NCBI GenBank assembly: GCA_022772105.1
Contig: JALFBO010000029.1
Location: 1-44,537 of the forward strand
Length of the DNA stretch: 44,537 bases
Direction of reading: 5' to 3'
Origin: Erysipelotrichaceae bacterium
GTDB taxonomy: Bacteria; Bacillota_I; Bacilli_A; RFN20; CAG-449
Shown here one piece after another: positions 27,332 to 37,384 of the stretch. The notes below the pieces were generated by a model. It saw nothing but the letters and a program-made list of their open reading frames with translations, was not told the DNA's origin and made no database searches. The stretch's first letter is position 1; each line of letters starts with the position of its first letter. Both the position numbers and the translations under genes were made by a program.

Positions 27332-27360
27332 AGTATAGCCAAAAAAATCAAATTTGTGAA
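27332..27360 (-). promoter_or_regulatory. Putative sigma-A promoter of the pilus operon
   Basis: The minus strand reads TTCACA (27355-27360), a 17-nt spacer, then TATACT (27332-27337). It gives a 5' UTR of about 80 nt. Confidence 0.45.
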
Positions 27361-27444
27361 CAACCAATTTATTAAAAATATTCTTTTTTCACCATTTAAT
27401 CCTTTTTTGGCATAAATGATAGTTAAGCGCTTCCAATTTTAAAG

Positions 27445-27487
27445 TAAAAAAATGATTTTTACCTCACTTAAAAAGTAAAAATCATTT
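27445..27487 (-). terminator. Rho-independent terminator after the glycosyltransferase gene
   Basis: The minus strand reads AAATGATTTTTAC-(12-nt loop)-GTAAAAATCATTT (13-bp stem) followed by a T-run. Confidence 0.7.
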
Positions 27488-27494
27488 CGTAAAT

Positions 27495-28451
27495 CTAATC
27501 AGCTTTTATATCTTCATCAACATAATATATAGGTCTATCTTGTGTTTCAATCATAATTCGACCAACATATTCGCAAAGGATACCGATGAAAAATAATAAT
27601 ATACCAAGACATAAAAACATAGAAAAAATAATTGCCAATGTATCATATGGAATAACATCTAAAGGCCAATTAATAAAATTAGAGATGACCCATAATGTGA
27701 TATCAGCGACAAATAAAACGGAAAATAAGCATGTTAAAAATATACCTAATTTAAATGACCATTTCAAAGGAATGATAGAAGCTGAAGTAATGGAATTACC
27801 TGCAAGAGTAAACATTGATTTGTAATTGTAGTGAGTTTTACCTTTAGGTCTTTCTTCACGTTTAAATTCTACATCAATTACCTTATAACCTACATAAGGA
27901 ACCATCACGCGGAAAACTCTATTCTTTTCTTTTAACAAATTAACTTGATCCACTACTACTCGATCTAATAAACGATAGTTACCAACATTTTCTGGTATCT
28001 TAGTTTTACCGCTTAATTTAGATATAACTTTATAGAATGCAGCCGCAGTATTTCTTTTCATCCAAGAATCTTTTTTTCTATCGACTCTTTTTGCGTTTAC
28101 AACTTGATAACCCTCCTCCCATTTATTAATTAATTCAGGAATTAGTTTTGGAGGATCTTGTAAATCAGCATCCATTACAATAACCGCTTCACCTCGGGCA
28201 GCTTTAATACCTGCTGCAACCGCGGATTCATGACCAAAATTTCTAGAAAAAGACACGATATGAATATTGCTTTGTTCTTGTCTTTTTTTCTTTAATAATG
28301 ATAAGGTGTTATCTTTACTACCGTCATTTACGCATACTATTTCAAATTTATAATCAACTAATTTATTTAATACTTTATTAATTTCTTCAAAGAATAAAGG
28401 TATCATTTCTTCTTCGTTATACATAGGTACAACTAGCGATATTTCTTTCAT
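27495..28451 (-). CDS. Family-2 glycosyltransferase, GtrB / polyprenyl-phosphate glycosyltransferase-like
   Basis: The N-terminal GT-A block is ISLVVPMYNEEE...VNDGSKDNT...MDADLQDPP. There are two C-terminal TMs, as in GtrB/DPM1-like enzymes. Confidence 0.9.
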   Translation of the reverse strand: MKEISLVVPMYNEEEMIPLFFEEINKVLNKLVDYKFEIVCVNDGSKDNTLSLLKKKRQEQSNIHIVSFSRNFGHESAVAAGIKAARGEAVIVMDADLQDPPKLIPELINKWEEGYQVVNAKRVDRKKDSWMKRNTAAAFYKVISKLSGKTKIPENVGNYRLLDRVVVDQVNLLKEKNRVFRVMVPYVGYKVIDVEFKREERPKGKTHYNYKSMFTLAGNSITSASIIPLKWSFKLGIFLTCLFSVLFVADITLWVISNFINWPLDVIPYDTLAIIFSMFLCLGILLFFIGILCEYVGRIMIETQDRPIYYVDEDIKAD

Positions 28452-28516
28452 ATCATAACCCCCTGACTTTGTTGTCTTTTCTATTATAAAAAATAAATAA
28501 AAATAAGTAAAGATGG

Positions 28517-30988
28517 TTATTTTTTAATAATACGCTTTGCAATGACTTCATGCACCACTAAAGGCTCGAAAGAAAGAAGGAGAACACATATCCATTCTTT
28601 AAAGGATAAATCGCTTAGATGGAAGAAATTTCTAATCATTTCTATTTCAATTATTCCTAATTGTAAAACTAGACCTCCTAAGAAAGATAAAAACATAATA
28701 TAATTTTTCTTTTTTAATATTGAGATAAAAGAATGCGTGGAACTGCTCATTCCAAACATATGGAAAAGTTGACTTATACATAAAGTAGAAAAAGCAATTG
28801 TCCTACTTTTCATAATTACGGAATCAAATTCTAAAACGTATAAAATATTCTTTATTGATAACTCATATCCTTGGGCAATAAGAGTTTGAATAGGGCAGAT
28901 AAAGAAACCTATAAATGTTAATAGGAATATAATTCCTCCATATAACAAAATAGTGCATACTCCTTTTTTATCAAAAAAGCTTCCCTTATGACCTTTTGGA
29001 GCCTCACTCATTAAGTCATCGTATTCTTCATCTAAGCCTAAAGCGATTGAAGGTAAGGAATCAGATATTAAATTCACCCATAAAATATGAAGCGATAATA
29101 AAGGAAGAGGCAGATTTAGTAAAATAAAAGTTAACATAACAAGTATCTCTCCAAGGTTACTAGAAAGAAGAAACAGAATTGCTTTCTTAATATTAACGTA
29201 TATTTTTCTTCCTTCTTTAATTCCTAAAGAGATTGTTAAAAAATTATCATCCTTTATCACTAGTGAAGAAACAGATTTTGCTACTTCACTTCCTCTTTTC
29301 CCCATACTAAGAGAAACATCAGCTTTTTTTAAAGATAATGAATCATTAACCCCATCTCCTGTCATAGCCACTACTTTACCTTTATCTTTATAGTAAGTTA
29401 CAATATCGACTTTATGAAATGGAGATACGCGAGCAAACACAGAATATTTATCTAATTCTTTTTCTTTATTTATATTTTCTCCAAGAAGACATTCTTCTTT
29501 TGAGGAACATATTCCAACCTCCTTCCCAATTTGAAAAGCCGTATCGATATTATCACCTGTTATCATGATTACTTTTATACCTGCATTTTTTAGTTTAGTA
29601 ATCTCTTCTTTTACTCCTCTTCGCGTCACATCGGCGAGTCCTACCGCTCCAAGAAATACTAATTCATCCTCATTAATAGAAGAAAAAGAATAAGCATAAG
29701 CAATAACGCGTAGAGCAATAGAAGTCATTTTTTCTATTTGCCTTCTAATATATTTAATCTCTTTTTGATTTAGAGGAATAATTTCATTTTTAAATAACAT
29801 ATATTTACATCTTTTCAATATTTCTTCCTCAGCACCTTTTGAGAAAATGATAGTTTTATTTTGATATAATCCAATAACTGACATCATTTTCCTTTCACTA
29901 GTAAAAGGGATACTACTGATAGGTTCAAAGGAAGATGATGTCTTATTCTTAGCATAATCATATATAGTTTTTTCTAAAGGATCTCCTTCTTCTTCTATTA
30001 AAGAAGTGGTATATTTCATCGCATCCAATAAAAGTGTTTCATCGTTTTTAAAGTAGCATACATCTTTCACTTTCAACTCATTCTTGGTGATTGTTCCTGT
30101 TTTATCACTACAAAGAATTTCTACATTGCCTAAGGTTTCTATCGCTTTTAGTTTCCTAACAATCACTTTCTTTTTACTTAGTTTCTTGAGTGATAACGCT
30201 AATACAATAGTAACAACGGAATCTAATCCTTCAGGAATAATTGCAACCGCGATTGAAATGGAAAGAACTAATACCGCAAAAAAATCATTTCCTTTAGCAA
30301 GAAGAAAAAAGAAAAGAAAAAGCATGATGGAAACAACACTATAACTCAATACTTTGCTAATATGATTCAATTTATTTTGTAATGGAGAATTTTCATTTTC
30401 TTTTTCATTTAAGGAGGAAGCAATTTTTCCTATTTCCGTATTCATTCCACATCTAAGAGCATATCCTTCTCCTTTTCCACTTATTACAAAAGAAGAAGCA
30501 TATAAAGTGTCTTCATTATTTTTAAGTAGAGGCAATGATTCTCCACTTAATAACGACTCATCAACTTGTAAAGATGAACTTTCTTTTAAAATCATATCAG
30601 CAGGTATAACGTCACCTTCTTGTAAAATAATAGCGTCTCCTACAACTATTTCATAAGAAGGAATTCTAATAACGTTTCCACTTCGTCTTACAAAAGAAAA
30701 TGAAGAGGACATTTTCTTTAATGATTCTATAGCTTTCTCCGCTTTAAACTCCTCAAAGGTGGCAATAAACGTATTTAAGATGATGACAAATAAAATAATA
30801 CATCCATCGACATACTCCTTAATAAGAAAAGAAAGAAGCGCGGCAACACATAAAAGAATAATGCTTGGAGAAATAAGTCCTTTAATAAAAATTATAAAGA
30901 TATTTTTTCTTTTATCTTCTTTTAAGATATTCTTCCCATCTTTTTTTAATTTTAGTTTTGCTTCTTCATTACTTAGTCCTTTAATCAT
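28517..30988 (-). CDS. P-type ATPase, type II (Ca2+/cation-transporting, PEGL-motif class)
   Basis: The ATG at 30988 has SD AAGGGTGA. Motifs present are TGES-like LSGESLP, IPEGL, the phosphorylation site CSDKTGTIT, and the hinge TGDGVNDSLSLKKADV. Confidence 0.93.
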   Translation of the reverse strand: MIKGLSNEEAKLKLKKDGKNILKEDKRKNIFIIFIKGLISPSIILLCVAALLSFLIKEYVDGCIILFVIILNTFIATFEEFKAEKAIESLKKMSSSFSFVRRSGNVIRIPSYEIVVGDAIILQEGDVIPADMILKESSSLQVDESLLSGESLPLLKNNEDTLYASSFVISGKGEGYALRCGMNTEIGKIASSLNEKENENSPLQNKLNHISKVLSYSVVSIMLFLFFFLLAKGNDFFAVLVLSISIAVAIIPEGLDSVVTIVLALSLKKLSKKKVIVRKLKAIETLGNVEILCSDKTGTITKNELKVKDVCYFKNDETLLLDAMKYTTSLIEEEGDPLEKTIYDYAKNKTSSSFEPISSIPFTSERKMMSVIGLYQNKTIIFSKGAEEEILKRCKYMLFKNEIIPLNQKEIKYIRRQIEKMTSIALRVIAYAYSFSSINEDELVFLGAVGLADVTRRGVKEEITKLKNAGIKVIMITGDNIDTAFQIGKEVGICSSKEECLLGENINKEKELDKYSVFARVSPFHKVDIVTYYKDKGKVVAMTGDGVNDSLSLKKADVSLSMGKRGSEVAKSVSSLVIKDDNFLTISLGIKEGRKIYVNIKKAILFLLSSNLGEILVMLTFILLNLPLPLLSLHILWVNLISDSLPSIALGLDEEYDDLMSEAPKGHKGSFFDKKGVCTILLYGGIIFLLTFIGFFICPIQTLIAQGYELSIKNILYVLEFDSVIMKSRTIAFSTLCISQLFHMFGMSSSTHSFISILKKKNYIMFLSFLGGLVLQLGIIEIEMIRNFFHLSDLSFKEWICVLLLSFEPLVVHEVIAKRIIKK

Positions 30989-31063
30989 ATTTTCACCCTT
31001 AAAAAAAATCCCATACTGCATGTATGAGATTTCTTAATTTATTATATTGGTGAAATTTATTAA

Positions 31064-32218
31064 TTATTCATCTTTCCATTCTGGATTCTTTTCTTCGATT
31101 TTTAAAATCATATTTTGAATTAATTTCTTTTCTTTTTCCACTCTGCCTTGATATGGATATGATTTAACATTGTTATCATATGCACGCTTTATTGATGAAT
31201 ATAGTTCCCATGCCACATCAAGGAACCCAGCGATATATAAAGCTGTCTTCATTGAATCTAAAGAAGAACGATATTGGAGGATATGACGTACGTTAGATTC
31301 TAATGACCAATAATAGTCAGATATAGCATCTACGCTTGCATCTAGACTCATCAAATAAAATTTGCCTATATAACCTAAAGACACTACACTTCTATCCACA
31401 AAATATTTTTCTTTTCTTACTATTTGATCACATGTCTTTTTTAAAAGATAGTAATCTTCTTTATCTAATAAATAATAATAGTTATATAAATAAGCATGAA
31501 TAACTATAGGATCATAATCTTCATTATTAACATCGACATAAACTAGTTCACATTGAGAAGAGTAAATATTAAGTTCATTTTGTAGATTAATATAATAAAT
31601 TTTTCTAACCTTTTCATTCTTAATATGATGAGCTATAAAGCCATCGGAGAATGATTCAGTACGATAAGGCATCGTCATCGCGGTAATAATGAAAGGAACG
31701 TATAATGCCATTATCAATAAGAAATAAGCAATTTGTTTATCAAAGAAGTTAATGATGAATAAAGAAACAACCATAACTGCGGCGTAAACAATGGAGCCCA
31801 TTGTACCCGCTTTAAAATATTTCTTCCATTTGAATGAAGATTCATTCATAGGAATCATTTTTACTTCAGTGCCAATACCATCAATAGAAAAAGAAAAATA
31901 GATTTTTATTTTACCATCGATATTTCTAAAATGAAGGAAGAAAAATGAAGCATAAACTAATTTAGCCTTCAATATCTTTCCTCCAATTAGTTTCGATAAA
32001 CCATAAACGATAACGGAAACGATAAAGCCAAGAATTAATGCAGTAGCTATATAAGCATATAAATTTACAGTTAAGTATTCTCTAATACTAAAGACATCAA
32101 ATAATTGATAATTTAAAACCCATCCAATACCAATTAATGCAATAAATAAGACCCATGAAGCATTAAACAGTGGTTTGGGCATAGTATTTACTTCTTTATT
32201 TTCATTGTTGGAATCCAT
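31064..32218 (-). CDS. Polytopic membrane protein with a cytoplasmic C-domain of about 190 aa, function unknown
   Basis: There are about five predicted TMs followed by a Tyr/Asp-rich soluble domain. I recognise no motif. The start codon overlaps the adh stop (TAATG). Confidence 0.75.
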   Translation of the reverse strand: MDSNNENKEVNTMPKPLFNASWVLFIALIGIGWVLNYQLFDVFSIREYLTVNLYAYIATALILGFIVSVIVYGLSKLIGGKILKAKLVYASFFFLHFRNIDGKIKIYFSFSIDGIGTEVKMIPMNESSFKWKKYFKAGTMGSIVYAAVMVVSLFIINFFDKQIAYFLLIMALYVPFIITAMTMPYRTESFSDGFIAHHIKNEKVRKIYYINLQNELNIYSSQCELVYVDVNNEDYDPIVIHAYLYNYYYLLDKEDYYLLKKTCDQIVRKEKYFVDRSVVSLGYIGKFYLMSLDASVDAISDYYWSLESNVRHILQYRSSLDSMKTALYIAGFLDVAWELYSSIKRAYDNNVKSYPYQGRVEKEKKLIQNMILKIEEKNPEWKDE

Positions 32219-33405
32219 TATTTTTCCTCCTTGAAAGCTTCTTTATAAATCTTAAGCACCAATTCTTTAGTTAAAGGAATGTTGCTTGGAAATATTTTGC
32301 TACCATTGTCTGTGAGTTTGTTAGCCATAATAAGTAAATCCTCTTCTTTAACACCTACTTCTTTTAAAGAAGATGGCATAGAAAATTTTTTAAAGATTTC
32401 TTCAATTTTTTTAATTCCTTTATTAATAAGATCTTCCTCATCCTCATAGACACTTACCATCATAACATTTTTTGCAAACTTAATAAACTTTTCTTTATCA
32501 AAAGAATGCACTACTTTCATCCATGCAGGAATTAAAATAGCAAGTCCTTCTCCATGGGCAATAGAAGGGTATAAGCCTGATAATTCATGTTCAAGTTGAT
32601 GAATTGGCATAAATGAATCTTTCCCTAAAGAGGTTAATCCATTATGAGAAAAAGAAGAAGCAAGCATCATTGTAGCGCGTGCACTATAGGAATAAGGAGA
32701 AGAGATTAGCTCTATTCCCGAGTCAATCGTGGCTTTAATGATTGCTTCCGCCATATAATCAGCAAATTCAATATCATCTGATTTATTAAAATATCTTTCA
32801 AATGAATGAGAGATAATATCAACTACTCCATATCCTAATTGATTTAAAGGAACCGTATAAGTAAGTTCTGGATTTTCAATAGAAGCTAAGGGACGATTTA
32901 ATTCAGAATTAAATCCTCTTTTTAAATGATGCTCTTCATCTGAGATTACACAAGAAGAAGACATTTCACTTCCCGCAGCGGCGATTGTAATCATAGTAAC
33001 GATAGGCAAAGCTTTCGTTGACACATATTTTTTTAAAGATATATCGTAAGGATTACCATCATAATAAAATCCATGAGCAATTAGTTTTGCAGAATCAAGA
33101 ACTGATCCCCCTCCAACCGCTAGAATTAGTTCTACATTATTTTTTCTAGATAGAATAATTCCTTCTTTAACCTTTTCTAGTGTAGGATTTGCTTGTACTC
33201 CCCCAAGTTCTACAAATTCGATATTATTCTTTTTTAAAGAAGAAACCACTTTATCATATAGCCCAGATTTTTTAATAGAATTCTTTCCATAGTGAAATAA
33301 AACTTTTTTATAACCATAAGAAGAAATGATTTCTCCTATTTTATTTTCTTCACCTTTTCCAAAATATATTTTAGTTGGAAGCAAAAATTCAAAATTATCT
33401 TTCAT
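32218..33405 (-). CDS. Iron-containing (group III) alcohol dehydrogenase, butanol-dehydrogenase/YqhD-like
   Basis: The N-terminus is F.F..PTKIYFGKG. The NAD block is GGGSVLDSAKLIA, and metal-binding His contexts are present (..HSFE.., HELSG..., AHGEGLA). Confidence 0.92.
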   Translation of the reverse strand: MKDNFEFLLPTKIYFGKGEENKIGEIISSYGYKKVLFHYGKNSIKKSGLYDKVVSSLKKNNIEFVELGGVQANPTLEKVKEGIILSRKNNVELILAVGGGSVLDSAKLIAHGFYYDGNPYDISLKKYVSTKALPIVTMITIAAAGSEMSSSCVISDEEHHLKRGFNSELNRPLASIENPELTYTVPLNQLGYGVVDIISHSFERYFNKSDDIEFADYMAEAIIKATIDSGIELISSPYSYSARATMMLASSFSHNGLTSLGKDSFMPIHQLEHELSGLYPSIAHGEGLAILIPAWMKVVHSFDKEKFIKFAKNVMMVSVYEDEEDLINKGIKKIEEIFKKFSMPSSLKEVGVKEEDLLIMANKLTDNGSKIFPSNIPLTKELVLKIYKEAFKEEK

Positions 33406-33450
33406 TGTTAAAATATAAAGGATTAAATAATCCTTTCCTTTCTTTAATTT

Positions 33451-33479
33451 ATTGAAACACGATTTACTATTTTATGCAA
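33451..33479 (-). promoter_or_regulatory. Putative promoter of the adh operon (extended -10)
   Basis: The minus strand reads TTGCAT (33474-33479), a 17-nt spacer ending in TGT, then TTCAAT (33451-33456). Confidence 0.4.
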
Positions 33480-33484
33480 GATTA

Positions 33485-33523
33485 TAAAAAATAAAATCTC
33501 TGAATCACTATGAAACAGAGATT
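33485..33523 (-). terminator. Terminator after the MFS transporter gene
   Basis: The minus strand reads AATCTCTG-(13-nt loop)-CAGAGATT followed by TTATTTTTT. Confidence 0.5.
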
Positions 33524-33553
33524 ATGATACACACATCATATAAAGATATATAT

Positions 33554-34693
33554 TTACTCAGTACAAGCTTTATCAAATTTTATTCTTGTGACAAGTAATA
33601 AGCCTAAGATTTGTAAGATTGCTACAGTTAAATACAAATAAGATAAATCCTTGAATATATAAGGGACTATATATTCACATATAGTATTAAATATATTAAC
33701 TACAATAACTAAAGCAGTGACGCCTTTTGTGACTAAGTCTACCTTTAATAATCGTTTTACTAAATCCATATGGCACGATAAGAATATTCCCCATGCTATG
33801 CCTCTTAAAGGTAATTCAATAAGTATTTTTGTAATCAAATTAAGAGGAGTAAATAAAACAAAACTTCTAATAATCATTAATATATAAGATAAATAAAGAA
33901 ATTTATTCTTATTATTCTCATTAATGATCTTTTGTCCAATTAATATTATCAAAACCTCAAACACAATTTGTCCAGCGTAACAATAGCCCCATTCTTTTAC
34001 GCCTAGTCCATTTGCTTTTAAATATGTAGATATATATGCTTCTCCAATATTCCAAGCGCCAAGGACTAAAATGTAAGAGAATAAATAGATTAAGAATAAT
34101 TTATTTAGTAAAACTTCCTTATAAGAAATTTTTTTCTTCTCTAATACAGTTTCTTCTTTTGGTTCCATGAAGAAAAAGATAATTCCCGCGAAGGCAAATA
34201 ACAAAGAAGCAATTAAGAATACATATTTATAATCAATAAAATCAATTAATATTCCACCCACAAAAACGGATACTAGATATCCAAGAGACCCAAACATTCT
34301 CGTAATAGCGTACTTTTTATGTTCTAAATCATTATATTTACATCCGATTCCATCGGTTAAAGAAAAGGATGGCGAGTTATGCAAACTAAATATGATTGTA
34401 AACACGATTAAGAAGCCAAAGTTTGTTAAGAATCCATAAAAACTCATCACGATAAGTTGGATAAAGCAAAGAAGAGAAGCTAAACGTAAATTCCTTTTCA
34501 AATTAAAAGATAATTTACCGTAAAGTAAATTACCTAATAAGTTTGATAAAGGAATTAGTGCTAAAAGTATTCCCTGCTTCGTCCCCGTAATTCCTATTTC
34601 TAAAAAGAATAGAGCAAGGAAAGGAGATACAAGTGCATCCGCAAAATATAAAATGAAGAAGGCTAGGTTAACTTTTTTAACATTATTTTCCAT
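33554..34693 (-). CDS. MFS-type transporter
   Basis: The protein is 379 aa with about 12 TMs. The overall hydrophobic repeat architecture is typical of the MFS. Its substrate is unknown. Confidence 0.8.
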   Translation of the reverse strand: MENNVKKVNLAFFILYFADALVSPFLALFFLEIGITGTKQGILLALIPLSNLLGNLLYGKLSFNLKRNLRLASLLCFIQLIVMSFYGFLTNFGFLIVFTIIFSLHNSPSFSLTDGIGCKYNDLEHKKYAITRMFGSLGYLVSVFVGGILIDFIDYKYVFLIASLLFAFAGIIFFFMEPKEETVLEKKKISYKEVLLNKLFLIYLFSYILVLGAWNIGEAYISTYLKANGLGVKEWGYCYAGQIVFEVLIILIGQKIINENNKNKFLYLSYILMIIRSFVLFTPLNLITKILIELPLRGIAWGIFLSCHMDLVKRLLKVDLVTKGVTALVIVVNIFNTICEYIVPYIFKDLSYLYLTVAILQILGLLLVTRIKFDKACTE

Positions 34694-34701
34694 ATATTTT
34701 A

Positions 34702-37269
34702 TTATTTGTCAAATTTTTTAACTCTAACAAAATCTAATACACAATAAGCTGCGCTTGCAACAATAGTAGTAAGAGCAATAATAATCCATTCGGTAGCTCC
34801 AAGAATAGAAATATCAAATCCTCCAACACTTCCAAGTCCTGGAATATTTACAAATAGAAGAACTAATGAAATAAGAATCATGACTGCACATAGAGCGATA
34901 CGATACCACTTAAATGGCAAACAACGAACCACAAGAATAACTAAACTTACAAATGATAAAGAGATACCTGCCATAGCAATTAATTGCTTAGTAATTTCTA
35001 GATTTTGTAAATCACTATAACCAATCTTAGTTAAACCAAATGCCCCAATGAAACATAAAATCATTGGAATAATTGTGGTTATGATAAGAGCGATAGATCC
35101 CGGAATTGCTCTTGAAAGAACATTCTTCATAAATCCACCTTTAATTCTAGTTGGATTTGGTTGTAGAGCTAATAATACTGAAGGAATACCAATCACACAT
35201 GTTTCTAAAATAAATAAATTTCGAGGAATGTATGGATATAAAGTAGATACGATTAAAATCATTGCAAAGATTGTTTTCATTAAGAATAAAGAAGCTAAAT
35301 CTTGAATGTTATTAATAACTCTTCTACCTTCTTGTACCACTTTTGGTAAGCACTTGAAATTAGAATCAATTAATACAAGTTGAGCCACGTTTCTTGCTGC
35401 TTCAGAACCAGAAGCCATAGCGATAGAACAATCAGCTTTCTTTAACGCTAAGATATCATTTACACCATCACCAGTCATAGCTACTGTATGTCCTGCTTTT
35501 TTCATTTCTTGAACAAGAATTGCTTTTTGTTCAGGAGCAACACGGCCAAATATTGTATATTCATTAGCAGCTTTAGCAACTTCATCAAGGCTCATGCCCT
35601 CTAATGAAATATATTTATCAGTTTCATCAACTCCAACTTGTTCAGCAATTTTTGCTACTGTCAAAGCATTATCACCTGATATAATTTTTACTTTAACATC
35701 ATTTTCTTTGAACCAAGCGATAGTATCCGCTGCTTCTTCACGAATATGATCTTTGATAATATATGCTGTAATTGGTAATAAATCTTCAGGAAGTTTATCT
35801 CCTGAAATTAGTTCATTAGACTTAGCAAGAAGAACAACACGATATCCTTGTTCCGTATATTCTTGTAGTTTTTTACAAATTTGGCTATCAGGAGAGATTA
35901 TAAACTCAGGAGCTCCAAGAACATATGTGCCTGCACCTTCAAAGGAAACAGCTGATAACTTTCTACTTGATGAGAAAGGAAGGATTCTCTTTGCTTTTAA
36001 TATATTTTGTGCAGGGAAAGCACTTATCAATGCTTTCGCGGTATCATTTTGTTCTTTAAATGAAGCGATTAAATCACCTACTACAACTTTATGATCAATA
36101 TCATCTTTGTTGATAGAAAGAACTTTTTCAACTTCCATAGTACCATCGGTGATTGTACCTGTTTTATCTAAGCATAAAACATCTACACGCGCTAAAGACT
36201 CAACGGAATAAGGATCTTTAACTAAAGCTCTACGTTTAGCAAGAGCGATGACTGACACTACTAAGGTAACTGAAGTTAATAGATATAGTCCAGAAGGAAT
36301 CATTGCAACCATCGCGCCACAAGTAGTCTTTACTAAATCTTGTACTGCAGAACCATTCCATCCAACTTTACCCCATGAAACTAAGAAGTAGATAACGGCA
36401 AATGGAATAATGACTACAGAAATCATCCTAATGATTAAATTAAGTGAATTTAAGATTTGTGAGTTATTGCTCTTAACTTTCTTAGCCATCAATTGAAGTT
36501 GAGCAATGTAATTATCTTCTCCGATTCTTTCAACACCGGCTACACACGAGCCAGATGAAATAAATGAACCTGCAAATAAAACATCACCAACTGTCTTTCT
36601 AACTGGTAAAGCTTCACCTGTAAGTAAAGATTCGTTTACTTCAACTACACCATCTTTAATGATACAGTCAGAAGGAATTTTCTTTCCTGTTGTTAATAAA
36701 ACAATATCATCTAGAACAAGTTCCTTTGAATCAATATCAGTAATGATGGAGTTTCTTAATACTCTTGTCTTATCAGAAGTAATTAATGATAACTTATCTA
36801 CAATTGATTTAGCACGACATTCTTGAATAATACCAATCAATAAATTCGCAGTAACGATTAATACGAAAAATAAATTTACTACTTCACTGATATTATCAGT
36901 TACGCTGATATAAATCACAGCAATTGCGTAAAGCAAGATATTAAAGAAAGTAAAGATATTTTTTAAAATGATTGTTAAATATGATTGACCATATTTCTTT
37001 TTGGAATCATTAACTAATCCAGCTTTCTTTCTTTCGTCTACTTGATCTAATGTCAAACCTTTATCAGGTTTTGGATTAAAACGAACGACTGTCTTTCCAT
37101 TACTTGAAATTGCATTTCTAAATTCTCTAGTATTTTCTAATGTAGAGTAATCATCTTCATCGACCAAAACTGCCTTTTTTCCTTTTCTAAATAATTTAAA
37201 TTCAGAAGTTTGATCTTGATATCTATCGTTTTGAGAAAACTCTGTCTCATTTTGTTTGTTTTCATCCAT
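34702..37269 (-). CDS. P-type cation-translocating ATPase (E1-E2 family) with N-terminal cytoplasmic extension
   Basis: The ATG at 37269 lies 8 nt after AAAGGTGG. The tracked start at 37281 is a GTG inside that SD. Motifs present are TGEALP, CLDKTGTIT and MTGDGVNDILALKKADCSIAM. Confidence 0.93.
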   Translation of the reverse strand: MDENKQNETEFSQNDRYQDQTSEFKLFRKGKKAVLVDEDDYSTLENTREFRNAISSNGKTVVRFNPKPDKGLTLDQVDERKKAGLVNDSKKKYGQSYLTIILKNIFTFFNILLYAIAVIYISVTDNISEVVNLFFVLIVTANLLIGIIQECRAKSIVDKLSLITSDKTRVLRNSIITDIDSKELVLDDIVLLTTGKKIPSDCIIKDGVVEVNESLLTGEALPVRKTVGDVLFAGSFISSGSCVAGVERIGEDNYIAQLQLMAKKVKSNNSQILNSLNLIIRMISVVIIPFAVIYFLVSWGKVGWNGSAVQDLVKTTCGAMVAMIPSGLYLLTSVTLVVSVIALAKRRALVKDPYSVESLARVDVLCLDKTGTITDGTMEVEKVLSINKDDIDHKVVVGDLIASFKEQNDTAKALISAFPAQNILKAKRILPFSSSRKLSAVSFEGAGTYVLGAPEFIISPDSQICKKLQEYTEQGYRVVLLAKSNELISGDKLPEDLLPITAYIIKDHIREEAADTIAWFKENDVKVKIISGDNALTVAKIAEQVGVDETDKYISLEGMSLDEVAKAANEYTIFGRVAPEQKAILVQEMKKAGHTVAMTGDGVNDILALKKADCSIAMASGSEAARNVAQLVLIDSNFKCLPKVVQEGRRVINNIQDLASLFLMKTIFAMILIVSTLYPYIPRNLFILETCVIGIPSVLLALQPNPTRIKGGFMKNVLSRAIPGSIALIITTIIPMILCFIGAFGLTKIGYSDLQNLEITKQLIAMAGISLSFVSLVILVVRCLPFKWYRIALCAVMILISLVLLFVNIPGLGSVGGFDISILGATEWIIIALTTIVASAAYCVLDFVRVKKFDK

Positions 37270-37384
37270 ATTTACGACCACCTTTATTATTTATACTATA
37301 TCAATTAGTATATCAAATATAAAAATATATTTTTATAATTATTTAAATTTTTTTTATTATTTTTGATTTTAGGCTTTTTTCTTC

